Positions 1 to 9,942 are shown, counted from the first letter of the stretch. The stretch: 64,000 nt of DNA from an uncultured Enterobacteriaceae bacterium (GCA_964438735.1 CAYTLW010000014.1:19635-83634); one strand, 5' to 3'. Notes: generated by a model from the letters alone, not told the origin. Made by a program: numbers and translations.

Positions 1-30
1 AGGCGGCGGGGTACGGCCACCGCAGCGCCT

Positions 31-759
31 TCATGGGGCCGTCGGGTGGGCCATGCAGCGGACCACCAGTGCGCTCACGTCGTCCGTCCACGCGGCGCGC
101 ATGACCGCGACGCCAGCGGCGCCGGCGTCAAAACAGCCCGCTACCTGGGCCGCGTTGATGCCGCCAAGGGCCAGCACGGGACCGCTGGCGGCAGCGACCA
201 GGCGGGCGAGGCCAGCCAGGCCAAGGGGCGCCACTTCAGGTTTGCTCGGCGTGGCCAGGACCGGCGACACCATCACCCAGTCCGCTCCGGCGTCGAACGC
301 CCGCCGCACGCCGGCCTCATCATGGGCCGAGCGACTCAGGGCGACGTTCGGGCATGCCATTGAATTGATTGCATTGCGCCAGATGTCGGGCGGCGCCGCG
401 CGCTCGGGCAGCTGCAAAAAGTCAGGCCTCCAGCGGGCGACCTGTTGGCAGAACGCGGCCACTTCGTCCGGCTGGTGACGAGGGCCCGGGTTGACGCCAA
501 GAACAAGGCCAGCAGCTCGAATCAGGGGGACAGCACGCTCGAGCCAGGCCGACCAGCCGACCAAATCGAGTGCCGGATCGCGCAGCAGGACGCCGATTCG
601 GCCGCCGTCGCCGCCACCGGCCCGGGCCAGGGCACCGAACTTCATGGCCAGTTGAGACGGCGAGGTTTGGGAGTCGACATGCGCGCCGAAGGCCCCGGGC
701 GTGATGGCAACCAGTCGCGGCGGCAACGGACTCGCGCTGATCGACGAGCGGCCGCTCAC
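31..759 (-). CDS. thiE: thiamine phosphate synthase family protein (ThiE/TenI-like)
   Basis: Motifs [39 protein letters not shown] start at 759 overlaps the thiG stop (GTGA). The upstream part of the 31..1086 ORF is antisense/other-frame noise. Confidence 0.8.
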   Translation of the reverse strand: MSGRSSISASPLPPRLVAITPGAFGAHVDSQTSPSQLAMKFGALARAGGGDGGRIGVLLRDPALDLVGWSAWLERAVPLIRAAGLVLGVNPGPRHQPDEVAAFCQQVARWRPDFLQLPERAAPPDIWRNAINSMACPNVALSRSAHDEAGVRRAFDAGADWVMVSPVLATPSKPEVAPLGLAGLARLVAAASGPVLALGGINAAQVAGCFDAGAAGVAVMRAAWTDDVSALVVRCMAHPTAP

Positions 760-1550
760 GCGATGAGGCCGGACATGGGGCTGGAAGCCGACGCGTGGGC
801 GCGACGCTCGATGCGGCCGGCCAGGAAGGCCAGACGACCCGCCTCGATGCCCAAGCGCATGGCCCGCGCCATGGCGACTGGATCGCTCGCGCCGGCGATG
901 GCGGTGTTCATCAACACGGCGGCGCAGCCCAGCTCCAGAGCGATAGCGGCGTCGGATGCGGTGCCGACGCCGGCATCCACCAATACGGGCACCCCCGCCT
1001 GCTCGACGATCAGGCGCAGGTTGTGCGGGTTGCGAATGCCCAGGCCGCTGCCGATGGGCGCGCCCAGGGGCATGACTGCGGCGCATCCGGCGTCTTCGAG
1101 TTTACGACAGAGCACCAGGTCATCGGTGCAGTAGGGCAGCACGTTGAAGCCTTCGCCAACCAGGATGCGGGCGGCCGCCAGCAAGCCCTCGGCGTCCGGG
1201 TACAGGGTGCGCTCATCACCGATCACTTCCAGCTTGACCAGGTCTCCAAGGCCCAACTCGCGGGCCAGCATGGCCGTGCGCACCGCGTCATCAACCGTGT
1301 AGCAGCCGGCGGTGTTGGGCAACAGGGTGATCCGATCCCTGTCGATGGCGTCCAGGACCGCCGGACCAGCGCCGCTCAGGTCGACCCGACGCAGGGCGAC
1401 GGTGACGATCTGCGCACCGGAGGCGTCGATGGCATCGCGGGTCTGCTCCACGCTGGCGTATCGACCCGTGCCCACCAGCAGGCGGGAGTGGAAGGTCCGG
1501 CCGGCCAGCTGCCAGCCGTCGTTGAGTACGTGGGGCGCGAGCTCGGCCAT
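756..1550 (-). CDS. thiG: thiazole synthase
   Basis: [57 protein letters not shown] are all ThiG motifs. Confidence 0.97.
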   Translation of the reverse strand: MAELAPHVLNDGWQLAGRTFHSRLLVGTGRYASVEQTRDAIDASGAQIVTVALRRVDLSGAGPAVLDAIDRDRITLLPNTAGCYTVDDAVRTAMLARELGLGDLVKLEVIGDERTLYPDAEGLLAAARILVGEGFNVLPYCTDDLVLCRKLEDAGCAAVMPLGAPIGSGLGIRNPHNLRLIVEQAGVPVLVDAGVGTASDAAIALELGCAAVLMNTAIAGASDPVAMARAMRLGIEAGRLAFLAGRIERRAHASASSPMSGLIA

Positions 1551-1553
1551 GGG

Positions 1554-1579
1554 GTCCTCCCGTGCCGCCGCGGGAGGAC
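1554..1579 (-). promoter_or_regulatory. hairpin covering the thiG Shine-Dalgarno
   Basis: Perfect 9-bp inverted repeat gtcctcccg(1554-1562)/cgggaggac(1571-1579). On the minus strand the GGGAGG SD lies in the stem, 3 nt from the ATG. Confidence 0.55.
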
Positions 1580-1746
1580 GTGTCTACGGCCCGCGAAGCG
1601 GCCGCATACTGTGCAGCAAGGCCCGCAGATTGGCCAGACTTGGCGAGAACCACGGGCCGTTCTACGCTGTCGCCCCCCGTCGTCTCGGACGGGTCCATCG
1701 CCACCGCCCACGGGCGCGGCATCCGCCCGCAGATGCGAGGCCCCCG

Positions 1747-2964
1747 GTGTTCGACTCTCCCGCCCCCGACGCGCCCGGTAACGGGTCCTTCGATCGCAGC
1801 GTTTTCAACGGTCTGCGAGTCGCCCTGGTGCATGACTGGTTGATCACCCTGCGCGGTGGCGAACGGGTCCTGGACGGCTTCTGCGAACTCTTCCCAGACG
1901 CCACCCTGCACACCCTGGTACGCGTGCCGGGATGCGCCTCGCCGCGCATCGAGGCCATGCGCCACGCCACGTCTTTCGCCGATCGCATACCGGCGGCCCA
2001 CAAACGCCATCGCTGGCTGTTGCCCTTCTACCCGGCGGCCATCGAAGCCTTCGACCTGCGGCAATACGATCTCATCCTGTCGTCCAGCCACTGCGTCGCC
2101 AAGGGGGTCATCCCCGCACCCGGCGCGGTGCATGTCTGCTACAGCCACACGCCGGTTCGTTACGCATGGGATCGTACCGCCGACTACATCCGCGGCTCTG
2201 GCGCAGCCGTCGCCGCCGCCCGCCCGGCGCTGCAGTTGGCCGCCGCCTGGTTGCGCAACTTCGACGCCCGCACCCTGCCGCGGGTCGACCACTTCATCGC
2301 CAACAGCAAAAATACGGCGAGCAAGATCGATCGTTTCTACAAGCGCCCGGCAGAGGTCATCCCGCCGCCGGTGGAGCTCGATCTCTTTGGCGATACCCCG
2401 CAGACGGCCGGCGGTTACGACCTGGTGCTGGGTGCCCTGGTGCCCTACAAGCGGGCCGATCTGGCGATCAACGCCTTCCGCCTTCTGCCCGATCGGCGGC
2501 TGGTGGTGGTCGGCGGCGGGCCGGAATACGACCGCCTGTCGCGCGCGCTGCCCGATAACGTAGAGATGGTCGGCCGCGTCGACGAGGCCGACCTGCCAGG
2601 CTGGTACGCCGGCGCGCGGGCGCTGATCTTCCCCGGCGAAGAGGACTTCGGCATCGTTCCACTGGAGGCCCAGGCCTGCGGCACGCCGGTGATCGCCTTC
2701 GGGCGCGGCGGCGCCTTGGAGAGCGTGGTGGAAGGCCGGACCGGCATCTTCTTCCCCGAACCCACGCCAGAATCGCTGGCCGAGGCGGTCAAAGTCTTCG
2801 ACGACATGGACCTGCTCGAGGCCGATTGCCGCGCCAACGCCGCCCGATTCGGTCGCCAGGGCTTCATCGAGCGCATCGCCACCTCGGTAGGTGCCGCCCT
2901 GGCCGCCAGCCCGTCCCGGCAACGACGCCAGCGCCTGGCCGCCATCCCGCGAGGCAGTCCGTGA
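1747..2964 (+). CDS. GT4 (GT-B) glycosyltransferase
   Basis: RVALVHDWL..RGGERVL, SSSHCVAKGV, YSHTPVRYAWD, EDFGIVPLEAQACGTPVIA. Start is approximate (in-frame GTG at 1747). Confidence 0.93.
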   Translation: MFDSPAPDAPGNGSFDRSVFNGLRVALVHDWLITLRGGERVLDGFCELFPDATLHTLVRVPGCASPRIEAMRHATSFADRIPAAHKRHRWLLPFYPAAIEAFDLRQYDLILSSSHCVAKGVIPAPGAVHVCYSHTPVRYAWDRTADYIRGSGAAVAAARPALQLAAAWLRNFDARTLPRVDHFIANSKNTASKIDRFYKRPAEVIPPPVELDLFGDTPQTAGGYDLVLGALVPYKRADLAINAFRLLPDRRLVVVGGGPEYDRLSRALPDNVEMVGRVDEADLPGWYAGARALIFPGEEDFGIVPLEAQACGTPVIAFGRGGALESVVEGRTGIFFPEPTPESLAEAVKVFDDMDLLEADCRANAARFGRQGFIERIATSVGAALAASPSRQRRQRLAAIPRGSP

Positions 2965-4316
2965 CTCCCGCCGGGCTCTTCTTCTCGTCGCGCATCCGCC
3001 GCAACCTCGGCTACAAGCTGCTCGGAACGGTGGCCGAAAAGGGGCTGCGCCTGGGCCTGACCATGGTCGCGGCGCGCCTGCTGGGCACCGCCGCCTGGGG
3101 TCGATACGGCTACGCCCTGGCCCTGTCCGCGCTGCTCGTGCAGCTGAGCGATATGGGGCTGAATCTCTTTCTGGCGCGCGAGATCGCACGCGACGACCTG
3201 GACATGGAGCGCGCGGACTTCGTCGGCCAGGTCTACGCCCTGAAGGCGTTGCTCAGCGTTGGCTACCTGCTGGCCATGGGAGCGCTCTGCCTGGCGCACC
3301 TGGACGAACCGGTCGTCGCCGGCGCCATCGCCCTATGTGCCCTGGCGGCGCTTGGTAACGCCGGCGTCGAGGCCCTGCTGCACCTGTTCCGCGGCGTTCA
3401 GGACCTGGCCCTGGAGGCGCGCACCGTCACCGCCTATTCGGCCGCCCAACTGACCCTCGGCCTGGCCGCCCTGGGCACGGCGGCGCTCCTGTTCGAGCGC
3501 TCCTTCGCCGCCAGCCCCGGCGAGCCCGGTGAGGCCGCGTGCCTGCTGCTCTACTGCGCGGCCCTGGCCCTGGCGTCGGTGGTGGCCGTGGCGGTCGCCT
3601 TGCGGCTCGCCCGACGTATCGTCCGCCCCCGCTTCGCCCTGTCGGCCCCGCTGGCCCGCCGATTCGTGCGCGACGTGCTGCCGTTGGGCATCGCCATCGT
3701 GGCCTCGCTGATCTATTTCCGCATCGACGTGCCGATGATCCGCTGGCTGCGCGGCGATGTGGACACCGGTCTGTACACCGCCGGCTACAAGGTCCTCGAG
3801 TATGGCGCCCTGGCCCCGGCCATGATGATGGCCGCCACCTTTCCCGCACTCAGCGAGGCCATCGCCCGCGACCCGACCGGCGCCCGCTCGCTGCATCGCA
3901 CCGCGCTGGGCTGGCTGGTGGCTGCAGGCAGCGCAGGCACGCTGATCCTGTGGCTGGCCGCCGACCCGATCATCCTGCTGCTCTACGGCGAACGCTTCGC
4001 CGACTGTGCGCCCATCCTCCGCGCCCTGGCGCCCTGCGTGCTGCTCACCTTCGTCAACTTCCTGCTCACCCACATGCTGGTAGCCCTGGGGCTGGTCCGG
4101 CAGCAGATGGTCATCTCGCTGGGCCTGATCGGGCTCAACATCGGCCTGAACCTGTGGTGGATTCCCCTGTGGGGTGGCGTCGGCGCGGCCTGGGCCACCG
4201 CTGTGACCGAATTGGCGCTGCTGGCCTGCTGCGTGCCCCTGGTCTGGGGCGGCCTGGCGCGCGCTGAGCGACGGGGCCCGATCGAGACGCGCTCGTCGCC
4301 GCAGGTGACGCCGTGA
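2961..4316 (+). CDS. Wzx-type oligosaccharide flippase (MOP/MATE-like)
   Basis: Multi-TM protein with RLLGTAAWGRYGYA, DMGL, YFRIDVPMI, GLYTAGYKV, NLWWIPLWGGVGAAWAT. GTGA overlap with the GT stop. Confidence 0.9.
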   Translation: MTPAGLFFSSRIRRNLGYKLLGTVAEKGLRLGLTMVAARLLGTAAWGRYGYALALSALLVQLSDMGLNLFLAREIARDDLDMERADFVGQVYALKALLSVGYLLAMGALCLAHLDEPVVAGAIALCALAALGNAGVEALLHLFRGVQDLALEARTVTAYSAAQLTLGLAALGTAALLFERSFAASPGEPGEAACLLLYCAALALASVVAVAVALRLARRIVRPRFALSAPLARRFVRDVLPLGIAIVASLIYFRIDVPMIRWLRGDVDTGLYTAGYKVLEYGALAPAMMMAATFPALSEAIARDPTGARSLHRTALGWLVAAGSAGTLILWLAADPIILLLYGERFADCAPILRALAPCVLLTFVNFLLTHMLVALGLVRQQMVISLGLIGLNIGLNLWWIPLWGGVGAAWATAVTELALLACCVPLVWGGLARAERRGPIETRSSPQVTP

Positions 4317-6085
4317 ACACCGCCGCCAGCGACGACTGCCGGAACGTCGGCCTGCCGGGGAACGCGGCCGGCCTGGCCATGATGCTGCTGTGCATGTTGG
4401 CGCCGCTGGAGCTGCGCGTGGCCACCGCGTCGGCGGCCGGCCTGGCTGTCTCGGCCATAGAGGTCCTGGCGGCGTTGACGATCGGATTGGGTGGGCTGGC
4501 GGTCATGGCCCGCGCCGCCAACGAGCCCGGCACCCTTCGCTTCCTGCTGCGGCCGGCGCCGGTGGCGTTGTTTCTATGGGCAGGCGTGCACGTGGCCAGC
4601 GCTGGCTGGACGACCGGCGAGCCGATCATGGCGCTGAAGTTCGGCCTGCGGGTCACCGGCGGTGCCGCGCTCGCGATCATCGCCTGCCTGCTCGCCGATC
4701 GGCCACGATTCCGTGCACGACTGCGGTTGGGCCTGCTGGTGGGTCTGGGGCTGCTGACCGTGATCGCCGCGGCCGAGCGCCTCGTCGGCCAGCCGATGGA
4801 GCCTTTCTTGCGCCTGTTCCGGGACGAACCCACCTGGATGCTGGGCGAGCAGCGACTGTCAGCGACCTTCTACCACGCCAACACCTTTGCGGCGTATCTC
4901 GAATTGACCTTGCCATTCGTGCTGCTGCTCACCGCCGCTGGTTCAGCCACGCGGGCGAGTCGTTGGCTGCGTTGGACCTGGCTGCTGGCCTGCGGCGCCA
5001 TGCTCAGCCTGACCTACAGCCGCGCCGGGCTGGTCGCCGGCATCATCGGCGCGGTCGCCCTGTGGATCGCCGCGCGACGGCAGCCGGGGCGGCAGTCTCT
5101 GGCACGTGTGGCTGCGATCTTCGCCGTCGGCATCACCCTGGCCTACGGCGCCAATCCGGACATGCGGGCTCGCTTCGGCCTCGAGGAGCGGACATACAAG
5201 GTGCGCTACTCCTTCTTTGCCGAGTGTATCGGCCACGTCGGAGAGATGGTCCGCATCCCCATGCGGATCAGCAACATCGGTCAGTGGCCGGTGTCCAATC
5301 GCCAGGCTCCCGGCCAGCTCGCGCACGTGGTCTGGTCGGGCGAGAGCAGCCCCGAGCCCTCCGCCTTCCGCTACTACTCCCTGCCCGATCTGAACGCCGC
5401 CGAACGCCACGAACTGGACGTACACATCCGGCTGCCGGAGCGGGCCGGCCTGTACACCACCCTCTTTGACATCCGCCGCAAGGGCATCCTCTGGATCGGC
5501 AGTGCAGGCAGCCCCATCGGCCGCCTGCCATGCGAGGCGAGGCCGGCCGACGTGGACCTGGTCGGGCCCTGGGATCCCGGGCCAGACGCCGGCCTGGGCC
5601 AGGATCGTGACATCCGCTTCCAGCGCCGGCCCCTGGAACTGTCCCGGCTGCACTACTGGCAAACCGCCTTGCGCCTCTTCCAGGCCCATCCCTGGCTCGG
5701 CATCGGCGCCGACCGCTTCCGTTTTGCCTACAAAGAACAGGTCCCGCCGCGGGCCTGGGATGAGCGCGCGCGGGCCCACTCGCTGGTCATGGAGACGGCC
5801 GCCAATCTCGGTCTGCTGGGCTTGCTGGCCCTGGGCCTGTTGGCAGGTGTGGTCGGCCGCGCTCTCTTCGAACGCTTGTGGCGACGCGACCGGACCGACG
5901 ACATCGCCTTGGCGGCGAGCGCAGCGGTGCTCGCGTTCGGGCTGCACTCGCTGGTCGACTACTTCCTCGGCTATACCCAGATTCTGCTGATCGCCTGGCC
6001 GGTGATCGGCCTGGTCTGCGCCGATCTGCCGCGGCGCGCCCAGGCGACCGACAAGGAGGCTCCCGATGGCCACATCCCCGCCTGA
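4313..6085 (+). CDS. O-antigen ligase/polymerase (Wzy_C/WaaL family) with inserted soluble Ig-like domain
   Basis: TFYHANTFAAYL, LTYSRAGL, RLHYWQTALRLFQAHPWLGIG, AHSLVMETAANLGLLG, LHSLVDY. A ~120 aa hydrophilic beta-rich insert precedes the Wzy_C motif. Confidence 0.85.
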   Translation: MNTAASDDCRNVGLPGNAAGLAMMLLCMLAPLELRVATASAAGLAVSAIEVLAALTIGLGGLAVMARAANEPGTLRFLLRPAPVALFLWAGVHVASAGWTTGEPIMALKFGLRVTGGAALAIIACLLADRPRFRARLRLGLLVGLGLLTVIAAAERLVGQPMEPFLRLFRDEPTWMLGEQRLSATFYHANTFAAYLELTLPFVLLLTAAGSATRASRWLRWTWLLACGAMLSLTYSRAGLVAGIIGAVALWIAARRQPGRQSLARVAAIFAVGITLAYGANPDMRARFGLEERTYKVRYSFFAECIGHVGEMVRIPMRISNIGQWPVSNRQAPGQLAHVVWSGESSPEPSAFRYYSLPDLNAAERHELDVHIRLPERAGLYTTLFDIRRKGILWIGSAGSPIGRLPCEARPADVDLVGPWDPGPDAGLGQDRDIRFQRRPLELSRLHYWQTALRLFQAHPWLGIGADRFRFAYKEQVPPRAWDERARAHSLVMETAANLGLLGLLALGLLAGVVGRALFERLWRRDRTDDIALAASAAVLAFGLHSLVDYFLGYTQILLIAWPVIGLVCADLPRRAQATDKEAPDGHIPA

Positions 6086-6296
6086 GACGGCGACGATCGA
6101 GATCCTGGTCAACGATGCGCCGACCACCATCGCCAGGGGGGCGACCATCACCACCCTGCTGGCGGAGTTGCAGATCGAGGTTCAGCGGGTCGCGGTGGAG
6201 CGCAATCGGAGCATCGTGCGCCGCGCGAAGCATGACGAGACGGTGCTGGAGGCTGGCGATCGGATCGAGATCGTCGGCTTTGTCGGCGGCGGCTGA
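6066..6296 (+). CDS. thiS: sulfur carrier protein ThiS
   Basis: 76 aa, ILVND, VAVERNRSIV, GDRIEIVGFVGGG with C-terminal GG. Confidence 0.95.
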   Translation: MATSPPETATIEILVNDAPTTIARGATITTLLAELQIEVQRVAVERNRSIVRRAKHDETVLEAGDRIEIVGFVGGG

Positions 6297-6316
6297 AGCT
6301 GCGGACTGTGGGCTCG

Positions 6317-7354
6317 CTATGGGGACGGCAACGCGGCCCCGATGCGCCGCAGCGAGGTGGGAATCCGGTAGTCGATGCCCATGTGGCCACCCTCGAATTC
6401 TTCGAGCGTGTACTCGATGCCATGGCTGGCCAGGCGACTGGCGAAGATGCGCTGCCCCACGTCCAGGTACCACTCGTCGCGGGTGCCGGCGTCCAGGTAG
6501 ATGAGCCGCAGGCTGCGCAGGGCGTCCACATGGGCCTGGACCATGTTGACCGGATCGCAGGCCAGCCAGCGCTGCCAGACCCCATCGACGATCTCGCCCG
6601 TGTCCAGGTCGATGGGCAGGTCGGCGTGATAGATCGGCACGTCGGGATTGGGCGAATAGGCCTGCGCATAGGCGACGATCATCATCGCGCCGATGTCATC
6701 CGAACTACGTGAAGTGGTGCCGAAGAAGTGCTCGATGAACCCTTCCGGTCCGCCATGGGCGCGGAAGCGCTGAAAGGCCTTGCCCATGTCGGCCGGGCAG
6801 CACATGGGAAAGTAGCTGTCGCCGGCCGTGGAGCACATCAAGCCAAAGACCTCGGGATGGCGCATGGCCTGAATCATGGCGCCGTAGCCGCCTGAGCTCT
6901 TGCCGAATACGGCCCGGTGGTCCCGATCGGCGATGGTGCGGAAGCGGCGATCGACCGCCGGCACCAGCTCGCGCAGCAGGTAGTCCTCGTAGCGCCCGGT
7001 GGCCGGCGAGTTGCGGTACTGCGAGCCACCGAATCGGGTGAAGCAATCGGGGAAGGCGACGATCATGGGCACGATGTGCTCCGGGTCGTCCGCCGGCAGA
7101 GACATCATGCGATCGAGGGCGTCCGGGAGCGGTTCGACCCAGGCGCGGCTGGCGCGGGCCTTCATCTCTCCCCAGCCGGTGTAGCCGGCCAGCAGCCAGG
7201 CCACGGGGAAGCGACGCTCCGGGTCGTCATCGTATTGCGGTGGCAGGTAGACCGGAAAACGACGGGTCGCCGGATCGCCGAGGGGATTGTCGCGCAGGAC
7301 TTCGGATACAACGGTGATGTCGACCAGCTGATCGGGACGGGAAGGGGCTGGCAT
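6317..7354 (-). CDS. alpha/beta-hydrolase esterase (Fes/enterochelin-esterase-like)
   Basis: VYLPPQY, RFPVAWLLAG, FGKSSGGYG (GxSxG nucleophile), LIYLDAGTRDE, FEGGH. GGAG RBS precedes ATG 7354. Confidence 0.88.
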   Translation of the reverse strand: MPAPSRPDQLVDITVVSEVLRDNPLGDPATRRFPVYLPPQYDDDPERRFPVAWLLAGYTGWGEMKARASRAWVEPLPDALDRMMSLPADDPEHIVPMIVAFPDCFTRFGGSQYRNSPATGRYEDYLLRELVPAVDRRFRTIADRDHRAVFGKSSGGYGAMIQAMRHPEVFGLMCSTAGDSYFPMCCPADMGKAFQRFRAHGGPEGFIEHFFGTTSRSSDDIGAMMIVAYAQAYSPNPDVPIYHADLPIDLDTGEIVDGVWQRWLACDPVNMVQAHVDALRSLRLIYLDAGTRDEWYLDVGQRIFASRLASHGIEYTLEEFEGGHMGIDYRIPTSLRRIGAALPSP

Positions 7355-7714
7355 ACGGCACTCCTGAGGCCTGCGGTGAGATGTGGCACGACCCCTGCAC
7401 ATTCAAGGGCAGGGTCGAATCGTTCGACCGCGCCCCTTGGTCGCCGTAACCATCGGAAACTACGGGGCGTTCTTTGAAAACGACCACCGCGTTCGCGGCC
7501 TGGAGGCGACCTTAATGCCCCCGTCCCGCTGGCGCAAGCTTCATCCAGATCCGTCGGTCCGCATACTCGCTCGGACCGGTGCGCCCCACCATATGCGCAA
7601 GGAACCTGGAGGGTTGTCTGATTCCGCGCCGATCTGGGGCGGGCCGGACCCGCGTGGAGTAACGCTACTCCGGTTGCAAACGACCGAGAGCGGCAAGGTG
7701 GTCGCGAGTGTGGG

Positions 7715-9151
7715 ATGAGTGACATGGCAGAACGAGCATTGCGCGTCTGCGACATCAACAACTTCTTCTCCGCTACAGGTGGCGGCGTGCGCCGCTATCA
7801 CCTGGAGAAGTTGCGCCGTCTGGCCGGAGAGTCGGGCGTCGAGTATCACGTGATCGTGCCGAGCGATCGCGAGCAGACCGAGCGCTACAACGGCGCCACG
7901 ATCCACCATCTGCCAGCCACTGAGATCCTGGGCAGCGGCTATCGTTTCATGCTCAACCCCTTCCGCCTGCGCAGCCTGCTGCAGCGGATCCGCCCTGACG
8001 TCATCGAAGTCGGCAGCCCCTACGTGCTGCCCGACCTGGTTCGCGTGGCCGCCCGCGGCCTCGGCTGCCGCATGGTCGGCTTCTGGCATGCCCACTACCC
8101 GATCGCCTACTTCAGCCGCCCCCTGCGCCGTACCAGCGGCCTGCTGGCCAAGCTGGGCGAACGCATCGGCTGGTGGTGGGCCCGCCGCACCTACGGTCGC
8201 TTCTCGGCCACCATGGCGGCGGCGAACTGCCTGCTGGATACGCTGCGCGATCGCGGTGTCGAGCAGGTGCGCTACACGCCCCTGGGCGTCGACCTGGAGA
8301 TGTTCTCGCCGCGCCACCGCGACGACGAGCTGCGTCGCAGCTGGAACGCCGGCCCGGACGACGTGGTCATGGGCTTTCCCCATCGCTTCTGCGAGGAGAA
8401 GAATCTCAGCCCCCTGATCGCCGCCTACGAGCACATCCGGGCGACCACCGACCTCACGCCGCACCTGGTCTTCGCCGGCACCGGCCCGGGTCTGGAGCAG
8501 GTTCAGGAGCTGGTCGAGCGCTACCCCGAGGTTCACTACACCGGTTACCTGGAGCGACGTCAGGACGTCGCCGCGATGATCGCCTCGTGCGACGTCGTCG
8601 CGGCCCTGTCACCCACCGAGACCTTCGGCTTGTCGGCCGCCGAGGCCATGGCCAGCGGCACCGCGCTGATCGGCTCCGACGAATTGAGCGTCGGTGAGAT
8701 GCTGCGCGACAGCCGCTGCGGCATCGGCGTCAGCGATCGCGACAGCGCGGCCATCGCCGCGGCCTGGATCGAGCTGCTCAAGCCGGGCCGGGCGCGCCTG
8801 CTGGGCGCCCGCGGTCGGGCCTTCGCTGCCGTGCAGTTCAACTGGCAGCGGACTTTTGATCGCATCTTGCGAGTGTATCGCGAAGTGGTGCTGACCGACG
8901 GCGAGACCCTGCCGGCGCGACCGGCGCTGCCGGCACCACAGCGCGTGGCGGCGGCACCTGCGGGCTGGGGTGCCTCCATCGCCCGCCTGATCGAAGACGA
9001 CATCGCGGCTTCGCAGCCTGCTCCCGCGCCTACGTTGGCGCGCGTGCAGCCGGCCAGACGACGCACCGCACGGCTGGCGCTGGGCGCCCTCGCCGTGGCC
9101 GGGGCCGCTGGATCCGCCGGCAAAACTGGCGTGACCAGCAGAAGTGCGTAG
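7715..9151 (+). CDS. GT4 glycosyltransferase (PimA/MgtA-like)
   Basis: SATGGGVRRY, RPDVIEVGSPY, GVDLEMFSP, EEKNL, ETFGLSAAEAMASG. Low-complexity C-terminal tail. Confidence 0.9.
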   Translation: MSDMAERALRVCDINNFFSATGGGVRRYHLEKLRRLAGESGVEYHVIVPSDREQTERYNGATIHHLPATEILGSGYRFMLNPFRLRSLLQRIRPDVIEVGSPYVLPDLVRVAARGLGCRMVGFWHAHYPIAYFSRPLRRTSGLLAKLGERIGWWWARRTYGRFSATMAAANCLLDTLRDRGVEQVRYTPLGVDLEMFSPRHRDDELRRSWNAGPDDVVMGFPHRFCEEKNLSPLIAAYEHIRATTDLTPHLVFAGTGPGLEQVQELVERYPEVHYTGYLERRQDVAAMIASCDVVAALSPTETFGLSAAEAMASGTALIGSDELSVGEMLRDSRCGIGVSDRDSAAIAAAWIELLKPGRARLLGARGRAFAAVQFNWQRTFDRILRVYREVVLTDGETLPARPALPAPQRVAAAPAGWGASIARLIEDDIAASQPAPAPTLARVQPARRRTARLALGALAVAGAAGSAGKTGVTSRSA

Positions 9152-9312
9152 AACATAGGGACCATCGGTTCGTTCGGACCCGCCCCGGCGTGGCGGGCAA
9201 CCGGCTGCATGGGTTGAAAAATCGAGTGGTAAGGGCCGGTCGCACGAGGCGGCAGGTCCGATCCAAATGGAAATGGTTTGCGGCCCCTGACAGGGCCAAC
9301 AGGAGAAGGACC

Positions 9313-9894
9313 ATGAAGAAGTACTGGTGGCTCAGCGCCATCCTGGCCGTCGCCCTGGCGGCCGGCTGTGCGGACGAAGCAGATGACACACCGGCGACGG
9401 GCAACGACGCCGGCTCCACCGACACCGGCGCCAAGGACGACGCGGCCACGGGCGCCGACACCACGGCAGCCGCCGACACGGGCGGCCCCGCCTGCCTGTC
9501 TGCGCCCTACACGCCGACCTCAGTCGAGAAGGACTACTACGGCAAGGGTTGCTCCGAGCCGGCCGACCTCGGCTACCTGCAGGAGCTGGCCAAGGACACC
9601 ACCAAGGGCGACGCCCTGCGCAAGGCGATCACCGACTGCCTGCTCGCCAAGGGCTGCAGCGGCAAGGCCAGCCAGAAGGAGAAGGAGACCTGCACCAAGG
9701 ACTGCATCCTCAAGGATGCGCCCAAGGGCATCGGCGACTCCTGCGCGCTCTGCTACGCCATCAACGGCGTCTGCGGCTTCGACAAGTGCGTCGCCAAGTG
9801 CGCGGTGGACTCCGGCTCCCAGGGCTGCAAGGACTGCCTCGCATGCAACTGCGATCCGATCCTGCAGGCCTGCCAGCAGCTGCCGCAGCAGTAG
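9313..9894 (+). CDS. Cys-rich lipoprotein, unknown function
   Basis: AGGA RBS. MKKYWWLSAILAVALAAG-C lipobox, then a D/T/A-rich linker, then a 16-Cys domain. Confidence 0.8.
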   Translation: MKKYWWLSAILAVALAAGCADEADDTPATGNDAGSTDTGAKDDAATGADTTAAADTGGPACLSAPYTPTSVEKDYYGKGCSEPADLGYLQELAKDTTKGDALRKAITDCLLAKGCSGKASQKEKETCTKDCILKDAPKGIGDSCALCYAINGVCGFDKCVAKCAVDSGSQGCKDCLACNCDPILQACQQLPQQ

Positions 9895-9942
9895 ATCGTC
9901 GACGACGGATCTGTCGATTCGTTCGGACAAGTTGAACCAGCG

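Noticed and set aside
1551-1746. TPP riboswitch upstream of thiG
   Set aside because: The conserved CUGAGA and GAACCUG elements were not found on the minus strand. Only the SD-covering hairpin is reported.
1312-1746. N-terminal extensions predicted by the ORF track for the GT, rlmN-adjacent TPR, argG, dnaK and other genes
   Set aside because: They overlap divergent genes or promoter regions and lack homology-like character. Downstream starts with RBS or stop/start overlaps were preferred.
7355-7714. Possible ncRNA in the 360-nt divergent intergenic region
   Set aside because: Only short GC-rich hairpins, with no recognisable family or terminator. It is explicable as two promoter regions.
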